This document shows positions 9,829 through 19,648 of a DNA stretch of 64,000 nucleotides, piece by piece. Both the position numbers and the translations under genes were made by a program. The notes beneath the pieces were generated by a model, which was given only the letters and a program-made list of their open reading frames with translations, made no database searches and was not told the DNA's origin. The stretch comes from Candidatus Micrarchaeota archaeon. Its GTDB lineage: Archaea > Micrarchaeota > Micrarchaeia > Micrarchaeales > Micrarchaeaceae. Position 1 is the stretch's first letter, and each line of letters begins with the position of its first letter. The DNA lies in assembly GCA_027339055.1 (NCBI GenBank), contig DAHWRK010000001.1, positions 6,289 through 70,288 on the forward strand, given 5' to 3'.

Positions 9829-10761
9829 TTAGCCGGCCACAGCAGGGCATGGGATTGGATGGGTCCTTATGATCTTGAATATTGCATATTGGCCGGCATA
9901 GCTGGAGTTTTGCAGGTATGCAGCATAGCCAGAGCATGAGAAGCTTACCTCCTGCCCATCGCGGAATACTTCTTTCGATGGCTTTATGCTTGTGTTTACC
10001 ATAACGTAATAGTATGGATAGACAAGGCCGGTTATTGTGCCGTTGGGGTTAACATGCGACAGCACGAAGTTCAGCAGGCGTGAGCCGTCATTGCAACGTA
10101 CATATGTACTTTGGTTTATTGCAATTGGAGGGCCTGTGCTGCAAGCATATTGCGAGATTGTTGAGTTCAGGTAGGGAGTTGGCGACAGTTTTATGGAATA
10201 ATTGCTCGTGGAATTAGCCGGACCTGTGCGCAGTTCGTAGGATCTCGAAATTGCGAGTATAAACATCGGGCATGCAAGGCCTGGGAAGCAGTACGGGCTT
10301 TCAGCTCCCTTTATGGTAACCGAATAGTTTGAGTAGGGCTCAAGCCCTGTGAAAAGCATATGCGTTTCGTTGTCCGGCACCACCACAGTTTTGTTAAGTT
10401 CTGCGTTTGAGCTTATTGTTATTGGGCCGGAGGCCGAGCTTATGCCTTTTACCTCGCTGTAATTCAGCATGTAGAGTTTCGGGCCGAGCTTTGCATACTG
10501 CGATTCGTTAAAACCGTTGCCTGATACAGTAACCTCAAAAGTTACAACCGAATACGGCGAAGCGGTAATTATCAGATTAAGCCCTGAGCTGGGCGCTTGC
10601 GCTATTGTGCTTGTAGGGGATGTGCTGCTGGGATTGCCGTGATGTGTTCCGAGGCATATGGCAAAGGATTCGACTACTAGCGCGATTGACAGAATTATTA
10701 TGGCTGCAATAAGTAGGTACTCGTTGCCAGCGGCTTTTCTGCTTATAATACCACCATCCAA
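9829..10761 (-). CDS. membrane-anchored extracellular protein, Ser/Thr/Asn-rich
   Basis: N-terminal TM helix, many N-x-S/T sequons and paired Cys (CFPGLACP). Start uncertain: TTG at 10761 or ATA at 10746. Confidence 0.7.
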   Translation of the reverse strand: MDGGIISRKAAGNEYLLIAAIIILSIALVVESFAICLGTHHGNPSSTSPTSTIAQAPSSGLNLIITASPYSVVTFEVTVSGNGFNESQYAKLGPKLYMLNYSEVKGISSASGPITISSNAELNKTVVVPDNETHMLFTGLEPYSNYSVTIKGAESPYCFPGLACPMFILAISRSYELRTGPANSTSNYSIKLSPTPYLNSTISQYACSTGPPIAINQSTYVRCNDGSRLLNFVLSHVNPNGTITGLVYPYYYVMVNTSIKPSKEVFRDGQEVSFSCSGYAAYLQNSSYAGQYAIFKIIRTHPIPCPAVAG

Positions 10762-10822
10762 AACAATATTTATTATAAGCGCAAATAATAAATTGGCGTA
10801 ATGCACTGTAAGGTTTTGTTTT

Positions 10823-11845
10823 ATGCACATAGTAAAGTTTTACCAAGGAGAAGGCGTCATGAGGCTCAAGCTCGACACCTTAGAGGACTTGTGGACAGTG
10901 CAACGCATAGTGCTTCCGAACGATCTTGTAAAATCGAAGAGCCTCAGAAAGTTCAAGGCAAACGAGACGGATGTGGGAGAGCTGAAGGAGGTCGTCATAA
11001 CCCTGCGCGTTGAGAAGACCGAGCTCGACAAGAACGCGCTGAGGCTAAGGATAATGGGAAAGATAGTCGAAGGAAAACCGGAGCAGTATATACGGCTTAA
11101 CAGCTACCACACGCTCAACATAGCCCCGTCCGATACGCTAGACATAATAAAAGCAGAATGGCCGGATTACCTGGTTAATGTAGTGAAAAATGCTGTCGGA
11201 GACACGAAAAAACCCAGGCTTGGAATAATAGTGGTCGACGACGAGAAGGCCCTCCCCGCCTATCTCCTTGGATACGGTGTTGAGTTCAGGAATGAGATTT
11301 ACAGCAACCTGAGCAAAAGAATGACGCAGAAGGATTTCCAGGAGCAGCAAAGGAAGTTTTACGAAGCCATAACGAACACGATAAAGGGCATGGATGTTGA
11401 CACCGTAATAGTTGCGGGCCCCGGATTCACCAAGGACGATGTTCGCGCTTACATGGAATCCAAGCAGGAAAAGATAGACAAGCGCATAATATACCAGCAG
11501 GCAAGCAATACCGAGCGCTCAGGGGTGTATGAGATAATACGCAGCCCTGAAGTAGAAGGCCTTTTGAGGAGCGAGCACATAAGAAGCGAATTTGCAGTCA
11601 TGGAAGAATTTCTGAAGGGCCTTTCTTCCGGGACATCCAAATATGGAATAGAAAATGTTGCTGCGGCCATTGACGACTACGCGGTTGGCTCCCTGATAGT
11701 CAACGACTCCATGCTCGGAAACCAGGATGTGCAAAAAATACTTGCAAAGGCAGAATCCATGCGAATAAAGATAGACATTTTTAACTCCATGGACGAGGCG
11801 GGTGAGCAGCTGGCTTCGTTCAAAGGCATTGCATCCATAGCATAA
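10823..11845 (+). CDS. pelA: pelota/Dom34 ribosome rescue factor
   Basis: EDLWTV, LRIMGKI, SYHTLNI and VAGPGFTKDD motifs. Confidence 0.95.
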   Translation: MHIVKFYQGEGVMRLKLDTLEDLWTVQRIVLPNDLVKSKSLRKFKANETDVGELKEVVITLRVEKTELDKNALRLRIMGKIVEGKPEQYIRLNSYHTLNIAPSDTLDIIKAEWPDYLVNVVKNAVGDTKKPRLGIIVVDDEKALPAYLLGYGVEFRNEIYSNLSKRMTQKDFQEQQRKFYEAITNTIKGMDVDTVIVAGPGFTKDDVRAYMESKQEKIDKRIIYQQASNTERSGVYEIIRSPEVEGLLRSEHIRSEFAVMEEFLKGLSSGTSKYGIENVAAAIDDYAVGSLIVNDSMLGNQDVQKILAKAESMRIKIDIFNSMDEAGEQLASFKGIASIA

Positions 11846-11873
11846 GGCCCTGAGATATTGGTTTGGCGCCGCC

Positions 11874-12920
11874 TTAAGACGAATCCATCGCTTCGTGTAT
11901 TGCTTCGTGATGGTCCCCATAATAAAATTCTTTCACGATCCACTCGATTCCGAAACTTTCCCAATCTTCATAGGATAATAAGTATGGGTTCTTGTGCGAT
12001 ACGGACGAGAGCCAGATGGTGGATTCTATTCTGGTTTTCTTATCTAGAAAAAGCGATTTTGGAGGATCTTTCATCTCCCATATTTTAAAATCCTTTATTA
12101 CATCGGATACTGCAAGCCATGTAAGGAGCTTTCTTTCTTCCTCTGGCTTTTTGGAGCCGTTCGGAAATATATAGCTCTGGGAATAGTATGACAATATGCT
12201 TTCCATGCCGTACAGTTCGAAACTTTGATAGTTTACCGATTTGGGCGATCCGAATATCTTTATGAGCATCGATATTGCAGCACGCCTTTTGGCAGTATTG
12301 TTTACAAATTCTTTGTCCAAGTATTTTGCCGAGAGTGCTTTTAGCGAGTTGCATTCTATGAAATCTGGCTGCGCGAATACGATTGCGTCGAACGCGTTGC
12401 TGTAGAATGAAAGGGCGAAGCCGACTCCGTTATTCTCAAAATCATCTTCTGTCACGGCACCTGATTTCTTCTTAGCAAGCCACTTTATTGCTTCGTCTGC
12501 TGTTTCCCTGTTTTTGGATATTGTGCCTTTAAGGCTTCTTATGTCCCATAGATTTACCTTAAGCTCAGGATATGCTTCTTTCAGGGCGTTGAAAACCGCT
12601 GGAAAAGAATGGCGTTTTATAGAGTATGCTTTTAGCAAATCCATAAGCCCCATTTTGAAAAAGTCTTCGTTTTTAAGATCTAGAGGAGATATATCCATAA
12701 CTTCTACAAGCTTGCGAACGGATCTTATCCTATCCTCTTTATTGCTCCAGTTAGTATTGAACTTCAATTTCCCGTTGCTGCCCCTGATTATATACCCTTC
12801 TGATTCCATCCATGATAGAAAATCGGCCTTTGCAGAGCTCGGGTATTCAGTTCTGGACAGTGACGCAAGACCTTCGCGCGTCTCTTTGTTCGCCGTAGCT
12901 GCTTCCTTCTTTATTTCCAT
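11874..12920 (-). CDS. hypothetical helical-repeat protein (possibly DUF4046-like)
   Basis: Recurrent W...(A/T)I(K/W)L...DF(E/F)xxG units. No catalytic motif recognised. Confidence 0.6.
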   Translation of the reverse strand: MEIKKEAATANKETREGLASLSRTEYPSSAKADFLSWMESEGYIIRGSNGKLKFNTNWSNKEDRIRSVRKLVEVMDISPLDLKNEDFFKMGLMDLLKAYSIKRHSFPAVFNALKEAYPELKVNLWDIRSLKGTISKNRETADEAIKWLAKKKSGAVTEDDFENNGVGFALSFYSNAFDAIVFAQPDFIECNSLKALSAKYLDKEFVNNTAKRRAAISMLIKIFGSPKSVNYQSFELYGMESILSYYSQSYIFPNGSKKPEEERKLLTWLAVSDVIKDFKIWEMKDPPKSLFLDKKTRIESTIWLSSVSHKNPYLLSYEDWESFGIEWIVKEFYYGDHHEAIHEAMDSS

Positions 12921-13225
12921 TAAGACCAAATGACTTATAAATTTTTGAAATATTTATCACTTGTGCTTGAGCGATTCACACTCCGACGTTGCTGCACATA
13001 AGGTTTAAATATTGTTGTTCTGGTTTAAACATAACACGATGTGCTTTAGCAAATAGGCAGCAAATGGAACTGGTGTGAAAAAAATGCAATTCGCAGCGCT
13101 GTGGAGAAGTTTTGTCTCATCCTTTATAGGCAGCGGCTGCATTGCAAATAATTCAATGATTAAGTACACACCATTGGACCATTTGGCTGCATAAACCCCC
13201 TTTAAAAAATTTCTGAGGTGTTTAT

Positions 13226-13588
13226 GTGGGCCAAATGGTATTTAGTGTAGAGAAGGGTTTGTTGAGACTTACTGAGCGTGAGCAGCTCGTGATTCTCGAG
13301 ATAGGAAGCGACGCCATAGACAGCGCAAGCAGCTTCGTCGGGTACATAAGCGACACTTACAGCATATCCAAAAGCTCGGTGTGGTATCTTCTCAACAGGC
13401 TAAAGGAAAAAGGAATGCTGGATTTCGCAAGCAGGGATGAGCCAGGAAAGCCGCTAATGCTGACACAGCTTGGCAGAAGCACGCTTGAGGAAATAAACGC
13501 GAAAGGAAAGGACCTGATGGCGAGGTACGAAAGCGTGTCCGTAGCTTACAGCGCAAAAAATGAGAGCTTTGGAGCTTATAGGTTTTAA
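13226..13588 (+). CDS. winged-helix DNA-binding protein
   Basis: ISKSSVWYLLNRLKEKGML...LTQLGR. SD GGTG-N5-GTG. Confidence 0.75.
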   Translation: MGQMVFSVEKGLLRLTEREQLVILEIGSDAIDSASSFVGYISDTYSISKSSVWYLLNRLKEKGMLDFASRDEPGKPLMLTQLGRSTLEEINAKGKDLMARYESVSVAYSAKNESFGAYRF

Positions 13589-13607
13589 GCCTTGGGTGGA
13601 TAAGAAT

Positions 13608-13629
13608 CCCGGCGGTCTATTCCGCCGGG
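13608..13629. terminator. GC-rich hairpin between convergent genes
   Basis: CCCGGCGG-TCTATT-CCGCCGGG, a perfect 8-bp stem. Confidence 0.55.
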
Positions 13630-13959
13630 CTACTTCTTTTTTGAATTGACATGCCCGTTGCTTATTTTCACTCCTTCCATGCGAAGCAGTTTTATTTTCC
13701 TGGCCCCTGATTTGCCGGAGTATTTTCCCGGCTCCCCTGAGCTTTTTATTACCCTGTGGCAGGGTATTGTTATGGGAAATGGATTTTTACGCAGCGCTGT
13801 GCCAACTGCCCTGCAGGCGCCCGGATGCCCTATTTCAACCGCTATTTCCTTATATGTCCTGACTTGGCCCACAGGTATTTTTGATGTGGCGTTGAGGACG
13901 CTTATCTGGAAGTCCGTCATCCCCATCTTCTTGAGCTTTCTCCTTGTCGAAACGTCCAT
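13630..13959 (-). CDS. ogt: methylated-DNA--protein-cysteine methyltransferase
   Basis: RAVGTAL and IPCHRV active-site motif. Confidence 0.93.
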   Translation of the reverse strand: MDVSTRRKLKKMGMTDFQISVLNATSKIPVGQVRTYKEIAVEIGHPGACRAVGTALRKNPFPITIPCHRVIKSSGEPGKYSGKSGARKIKLLRMEGVKISNGHVNSKKK

Positions 13960-14027
13960 GATCGTATTACAGACACAAACGCTATTAACTTATTATATTT
14001 TCACATGGGAGCTTTATGGGTGTTTTT

Positions 14028-14942
14028 ATGGATGGCAGCAATTTGAAGGTATGGCTTGACGGAAAAATTATGGATTATGCAGATGCAAAGGTGCCGATAC
14101 TTACACATTCGCTGCAGTACGGAAGCGGGATTTTCGAGGGAATAAGGGCTTACAAGAACGGCTCAGGCACGGCAGTTTTCAGGCTTGGGGACCACGTAAG
14201 GCGTTTCTTTGAAACTGCCAAGATATATTCCATGAAGCTTGGCTTCTCCGAGGATGAAATACGCAAGGCGATACTGCAAGTAATAAAGCTCAATGGACTT
14301 GATTCCTGCTACATACGGCCGTTTGCATTCTACAGTGATGATGGAATAGGGATGACCACTTCAGGAAAGCACGTTAGCGTTTTCATAGCTGCGGTGCCTT
14401 TCGGGGCATATTTCGGAAGCGGCGTAGACAAAGGAATAAAGTGCAAGGTTTCTTCGTGGCGCAGAATAAATTCCGACATATTGCCGGTAAGGGCAAAGGC
14501 GAGCGGCAATTACATAAACTCCATAATTGCAGAGAACGAAGCGCACGCTTCAGGATATGACGAGGCGATACTGCTTTCGCTAAACGGTTACGTAGCGGAA
14601 GGCCCTGGCGAGAACATATTCTTGGTAAAGAAAGGAAGATTGCTCGCGCTTGGAAATGAATCGGACATACTTTTAGGCATTACCAGGGACAGCATAATTA
14701 AGGTTGCGGGAGATGAAGGGATCGAAGTGGTCGAATCCGAAGTGCACAGGGAAGAGCTTTACACTGCAGACGAGGTCTTCTTTGCGGGAACTGCAGCGGA
14801 GGTAACGCCGATAATAGACATCGATGGGATACAAATAGGGAATGGGGCCGTCGGGCCGCTCACTTCTAAAATTGCCTCTGTATACAGGGACATAGTCGGC
14901 GGAAAAAACATCAAATACAGGGATTGGCTCACCCAGGTGTGA
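14028..14942 (+). CDS. ilvE: branched-chain amino acid aminotransferase
   Basis: LQYGSGIFEGIRAY, KASGNY, EGPGENIF, LLGITR and GTAAEV motifs. Confidence 0.95.
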   Translation: MDGSNLKVWLDGKIMDYADAKVPILTHSLQYGSGIFEGIRAYKNGSGTAVFRLGDHVRRFFETAKIYSMKLGFSEDEIRKAILQVIKLNGLDSCYIRPFAFYSDDGIGMTTSGKHVSVFIAAVPFGAYFGSGVDKGIKCKVSSWRRINSDILPVRAKASGNYINSIIAENEAHASGYDEAILLSLNGYVAEGPGENIFLVKKGRLLALGNESDILLGITRDSIIKVAGDEGIEVVESEVHREELYTADEVFFAGTAAEVTPIIDIDGIQIGNGAVGPLTSKIASVYRDIVGGKNIKYRDWLTQV

Positions 14943-14947
14943 ACGCG

Positions 14948-15304
14948 TCAGAGCAGCTTGAGCTGCCTGGTGAATAGGTCGATCTCTTCGCTTCTCCATG
15001 GGCCTATGCCAAGGGCGGTCTTGCTCCCAGGAGGTATTTCAGTGAGCCCCGCGTCAGTTACCAGAGCGCAAGGCACCTTCTTGAACTTGAATGCGTTATA
15101 AAGTTTCACCAATGACTCTTCGTCGCTGACCTTGAGAACTATTTTCTTTTCTCCGGTATCTAGCCATTCCCTGGCTATCTGCTTGTCCTGCTTCTCCGCC
15201 TCGAAATAGCCCATTAGGGATGCGTGAGCCGCCTGCGCCGCAGTCTTTCCCTTGCTCATCTCCAGGTCAGATCTTATTATTATTGCCTGTTTTATTTCCG
15301 TCAA
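14948..15304 (-). CDS. pth2: peptidyl-tRNA hydrolase Pth2
   Basis: MSKGKTAAQAAHA, KIVLKV and DAGLTEIPPGSKTALGIGP motifs. Confidence 0.96.
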   Translation of the reverse strand: MTEIKQAIIIRSDLEMSKGKTAAQAAHASLMGYFEAEKQDKQIAREWLDTGEKKIVLKVSDEESLVKLYNAFKFKKVPCALVTDAGLTEIPPGSKTALGIGPWRSEEIDLFTRQLKLL

Positions 15305-15489
15305 TCAAACGCCAGCTTATCTATTTTACGTTGCGGCTGTTGTTGCATCCGAACATATTTATTACGCTGTCTATATTTTATGCCTTGCGTGTTGCGGCAG
15401 GGATTTGTCAAAGAGACATGCCATGTTCTCTGCTCCATGATTTATAATGGTTTTCTGCCAAGAGTGTATACATTCAGAAAGTGTTTAAG

Positions 15490-16005
15490 ATGGACGCGCT
15501 TCTTTACGCGATATATTCGATTGTAATATACCCTATAATTTACATCTTCCCAGCTTACGCTGCAAACGGCGCTCCGGTGCTATTTGGAGGAGGGAAACCC
15601 CTAGATTTTGGCAGAAGGATAAACGGGAAAAGGATATTTGGAGACCACAAGACCTTCAGAGGGACCGCATCCAGCCTGGCAGCAGGAATAGCCGTGGGGC
15701 TCATAGAATACCCGTTCCTGCATTATATGCTGCCGGTCGCAGTACTGCTTACGCTCGGGGCCAACTTTGGCGACCTTATAGGAAGCTTCATAAAAAGGCA
15801 GCTTGGAATAAGGTCTGGCAAGAGCTTCCCAGTAATGGACCAGTATGGGTTCTTCATTTTCGCAATGGTTTTTGCCTTTTTGTTTTACCGGGCAGGTATT
15901 CCCGACGCTTATGGCCTTGTTTTCCTTGTTCTCCTGACAGGAATAACGCATTTGATGACAAACATAGGCGCGTACAGGCTTAAGCTAAAAGAAGTCCCTT
16001 GGTAG
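15490..16005 (+). CDS. carS: CDP-archaeol synthase
   Basis: PAYAANGAP, GDHKTFRG, GDLIGSFIKRQLG and PVMDQ motifs, ending KEVPW. Confidence 0.92.
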   Translation: MDALLYAIYSIVIYPIIYIFPAYAANGAPVLFGGGKPLDFGRRINGKRIFGDHKTFRGTASSLAAGIAVGLIEYPFLHYMLPVAVLLTLGANFGDLIGSFIKRQLGIRSGKSFPVMDQYGFFIFAMVFAFLFYRAGIPDAYGLVFLVLLTGITHLMTNIGAYRLKLKEVPW

Positions 16006-16113
16006 TGGCCCGTAAAAGGGTTTAAATTTTAATAAATATAAGAGATTGCAGTGTAGCTGGTGACGTGTTAGCATAGCATTATATGCAGTACCGCGCCGCA
16101 GAAGGTATTTCGG

Positions 16114-18867
16114 ATGCCAAAAATAGGTAATGAAGAGGTAAAAAGCGAAAGAGTCCGCAATATACTCAAGCAGGCAAGGCGAGGGCCCCTGTGGTATTAC
16201 AGGATAAAGGACCTGATGGTGAACATATGGTCCAACAAGAACTTCCTTGATGCTGTACTGGTTGCTCTTGCTTTTGTATCGATCGCATACGCATTTCCCT
16301 TTTACCCTTATGTCATACTTCTGCTTGTAGCCATAGGGCTCTTCGCTGCCACTGAGGTACACCCATTCCTGGGATTTATATTGCTTATGCTTATAATGAT
16401 ACCGATATTGGTATATCAGACACCAGCGTTAGCTTGGGTATTCCTATTCATATTGAGCTTCTCGCTCATATACGGTTACATGCATTACAGGACAATACTG
16501 TTCGCTTACATACTTGTTGCTTCTGCTTTTTCGATTGTCGGAGCAGCCATCTCGATACCCGTAGCGATATTTGCAGTGCTTACCGTAGGATTCAAAAGGT
16601 CTGCGGTGATGTTCCTCCTTGTAGTGCTTGGCATCGCTGCGTTTTCAGGAGTAATGGGAATAGGATCCAGTGCACTCGTACCATTCAATGGACATCTGGC
16701 ACATCAAGGATTCGGCACGAAGTATTTCGGTAGCGAATTAAATTATACATATGAAGGGTTGCCCGTCCTTAACCTCATGAATTTTGCCAAAGGGAGCAGT
16801 GTTGCGGCAAGCAAATTTGTTTCCAAAAACGCCATAGAAAGCATAGACTTGACGTTTGCAATGTTGCTAAGCGCCATTTCAAAGCAGATATATTACCTTT
16901 TGGTAATACCCATATACCTGCTTGCCGCATTTTTGATTGAAAGGATTGCAATAAACAGCAGATCTAAGATAAAGGGAGGCAAGGCGGCGATAGCAGGGGC
17001 AATAATTCCAATAGGATACCTCGCAATTGGAATGCTGCAGCCCATTAACATAAATTACGTTTATCCGTTCATAAGCTTTGCAATAGCGCCAGCAGGTCTC
17101 GCGATAATGGAGCTTTACAATGTGAAGGTAGTAAAAGCCCTCGATGTCAAGAAACACGATACGCGAATGAAGTTCGGCGAGGCATTTGAAGATTTGCAGC
17201 AGGGCAACGTTACCGAAACGTTTGACGACATAGGAAATTATGAAAATACCAAGACAGAGCTCAAGGAGGCCATAATAGCCCCATTGGAGCAAAAGGGCAT
17301 TTCGAGGGCATACAACATAAAGCCGCTCAAAGGCATCGTATTTTTCGGGCCGCCTGGAACAGGAAAGACGCTCATGATGAGGGCTCTTGCCAACGAAATA
17401 CATGCAAACTTCTTTTACATCAAAGGAACGAATATAATATCCGCATATACTGGCGAATCTGAGAAGATGCTCAGCAACATATTTGGAATAGCGAACAAGA
17501 ACACCCCATGCGTGCTTTTCATAGACGAAATAGATTCCATAGCCACTAGCAGGGAGATAGAGACCGACGAGGTTCACAGGCACATACTATCGCAGTTGCT
17601 GCAAGAGCTTGACGGATTCCAAAAGCTTGAGCATGTGATAGTGGTTGGAGCTACAAACACCCCGGATAAACTAGACCCTGCACTCCTGAGGCCAGGAAGG
17701 ATAGACAGGGCCATATACATGCAGCTCCCCGACTTCAACGGAAGGAAAAAGATATTTGAGATCTACCTTAAAAAATTGCCGATCGCAAGCAATATGGACC
17801 TTGACCTGCTGGCGGAAAAGACGCCCAGGTATACCGGCGCCGACATAAAAGCAGTGTGCCAAAGCGTAGCCCAGATGGTGGCCCAAGAAGCGGCGAACGA
17901 ACACAGGATACTTGAGATAACGATGGACGACATGCTGAGCGTTATAAAATCGACAAAGCCTTCGACAACGCTAGCACAGATTGAGAAATACAATACGTTC
18001 AAAGTAGATTTCGAAAGGCGCATGGGCAACGATGCCACGCCCAAAAAAGGGGACGAAATCACGCTTGACAAAGTTATAGGGCTTGAAGCTGCAAAGAAGG
18101 CAATAGTAGAGGCAATACAGATACCGCTCATGCATCCTGACCTTCTTGAGAAATACGATATAAAGACGATAAATGGCATGCTTCTTTTCGGGCCGCCTGG
18201 AACAGGAAAGACAATGCTAATGCGTGCAGTTGCCAATGAGCTGAAAGGAGTGACCATGCTGGAGATAGACGCGCCCACCCTGCAAAACGAGGGCATAGAA
18301 AACGCGAATGCCAAGTTAAAGTCCATCTTTTACAGGGCCATAGAGAACAAGCCATCAATCATATTCATAGACGAGATAGACGGGATAATAATAAACAGGC
18401 AAAATGCTAGCGAGATAAACGCACAGATAACAACAGAAATGCTTAAGGACATGGACGGGCTGAAGCAGATGAACAACGTAATAGTGGTAGGGGCTACGAA
18501 CAGGCCCGATGTAATGGATCCTGCAATATTAAGGCCGGGGAGATTCGACAAGCTCATATTCATAAAACCTCCAGACGAAGAAGCTAGAGCCAAGATATTC
18601 GAAGAATATTTGGAGAAGGTTCCGAAAGCGGCGAATATGGATTTCAAGCTTCTCGCGAGCATGACCAAGAATTATACAGGGGCAGACATAGCAAGCATTT
18701 GCAGGGAGGCAAAAACCAGGGCAATGCAGCGCACAATAAAGAGCGGAGAGGATTCGAAGGTCACAAATGACGACCTGGAGGGCATAATTAAATTGACAAA
18801 GCCTTCTGCCCCTGACGTTGTCATGAGCCAATACTTGTCATTTTACGCAAAATACGGACAGAGATAA
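16114..18867 (+). CDS. Cdc48-like double AAA+ ATPase with an N-terminal polytopic membrane domain
   Basis: Two GPPGTGKT Walker A motifs, two FIDEID Walker B motifs and two DPAxLRPGR SRH motifs. The first ~335 aa contain many TM helices. Confidence 0.88.
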   Translation: MPKIGNEEVKSERVRNILKQARRGPLWYYRIKDLMVNIWSNKNFLDAVLVALAFVSIAYAFPFYPYVILLLVAIGLFAATEVHPFLGFILLMLIMIPILVYQTPALAWVFLFILSFSLIYGYMHYRTILFAYILVASAFSIVGAAISIPVAIFAVLTVGFKRSAVMFLLVVLGIAAFSGVMGIGSSALVPFNGHLAHQGFGTKYFGSELNYTYEGLPVLNLMNFAKGSSVAASKFVSKNAIESIDLTFAMLLSAISKQIYYLLVIPIYLLAAFLIERIAINSRSKIKGGKAAIAGAIIPIGYLAIGMLQPININYVYPFISFAIAPAGLAIMELYNVKVVKALDVKKHDTRMKFGEAFEDLQQGNVTETFDDIGNYENTKTELKEAIIAPLEQKGISRAYNIKPLKGIVFFGPPGTGKTLMMRALANEIHANFFYIKGTNIISAYTGESEKMLSNIFGIANKNTPCVLFIDEIDSIATSREIETDEVHRHILSQLLQELDGFQKLEHVIVVGATNTPDKLDPALLRPGRIDRAIYMQLPDFNGRKKIFEIYLKKLPIASNMDLDLLAEKTPRYTGADIKAVCQSVAQMVAQEAANEHRILEITMDDMLSVIKSTKPSTTLAQIEKYNTFKVDFERRMGNDATPKKGDEITLDKVIGLEAAKKAIVEAIQIPLMHPDLLEKYDIKTINGMLLFGPPGTGKTMLMRAVANELKGVTMLEIDAPTLQNEGIENANAKLKSIFYRAIENKPSIIFIDEIDGIIINRQNASEINAQITTEMLKDMDGLKQMNNVIVVGATNRPDVMDPAILRPGRFDKLIFIKPPDEEARAKIFEEYLEKVPKAANMDFKLLASMTKNYTGADIASICREAKTRAMQRTIKSGEDSKVTNDDLEGIIKLTKPSAPDVVMSQYLSFYAKYGQR

Positions 18868-18877
18868 CGCGTCGTTT

Positions 18878-19639
18878 TTAGACGACTGCAATTCTGGAGA
18901 GATCGCCTGCATGCACCTCTATTGTGCCGTTGTTTTCGCGGACATCGCAGAATTCTATTCTTGCCTTTGAATTCAGAGGCAATTTCGAAGCCAGTTCTGC
19001 CGAAGAGCCGGTGCATGCAACATTGACGGAAGTTTTGCCGTCGCTTAGCGTAATGTATGTAGATAAAAATTTCCGGGATGCGGAATTTCCCAGAGTTACG
19101 ACCGGGCCTGCCTCTATTGCAATTCCCACAATGTCTATATTCTTCATTCCTGCGCTCAGCAGGGAAAAATCTTTTATGCATGCATCGTCGACGGCAATTT
19201 TTTTTATTGAGGTTTTTTGCGTTGGCCTGAGAAGGGACGCCCTTATGTCAATCGTCAGGTTTGTGATTATTACTGTGTCTCCCCTGCAGAACAACCCGGA
19301 ATCTATTGCATCTGATAATTTTTTCCCCAACAGCACTTTTACAGTACTGCCCTCTGGGCCCAGGACCAAAATGCGTGATACCGAATCAGAGTTGCCGAAA
19401 TTTTTTTTGACGGGATTGAAAATACGATAGATTTTATCCTCAAGGTTTAGCTTTTCTTTTTCAAGCCCCTTGAGTATGCCAATTGCCCCGGGACTCATGA
19501 GATCGCTCATATACACTGCAGTCACGGATTCTTCCTTTATCACGGGGCGTGACCTCGATTCCGAATACAGCCTGTCCGCCTGTTCCTTGGTCAGCAGCCC
19601 GTCAAAGCCGTCTATTATGTCGTCGGAAGTTTTCATCAT
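18878..19639 (-). CDS. OB-fold protein, RPA/SSB-like
   Basis: Two OB-like units (IKDFSLLSAGMKNIDIVGI; ITLSDGKTSVNV; IEVHAGDLSRI). Confidence 0.65.
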   Translation of the reverse strand: MMKTSDDIIDGFDGLLTKEQADRLYSESRSRPVIKEESVTAVYMSDLMSPGAIGILKGLEKEKLNLEDKIYRIFNPVKKNFGNSDSVSRILVLGPEGSTVKVLLGKKLSDAIDSGLFCRGDTVIITNLTIDIRASLLRPTQKTSIKKIAVDDACIKDFSLLSAGMKNIDIVGIAIEAGPVVTLGNSASRKFLSTYITLSDGKTSVNVACTGSSAELASKLPLNSKARIEFCDVRENNGTIEVHAGDLSRIAVV

Positions 19640-19648
19640 CTGATCGAC

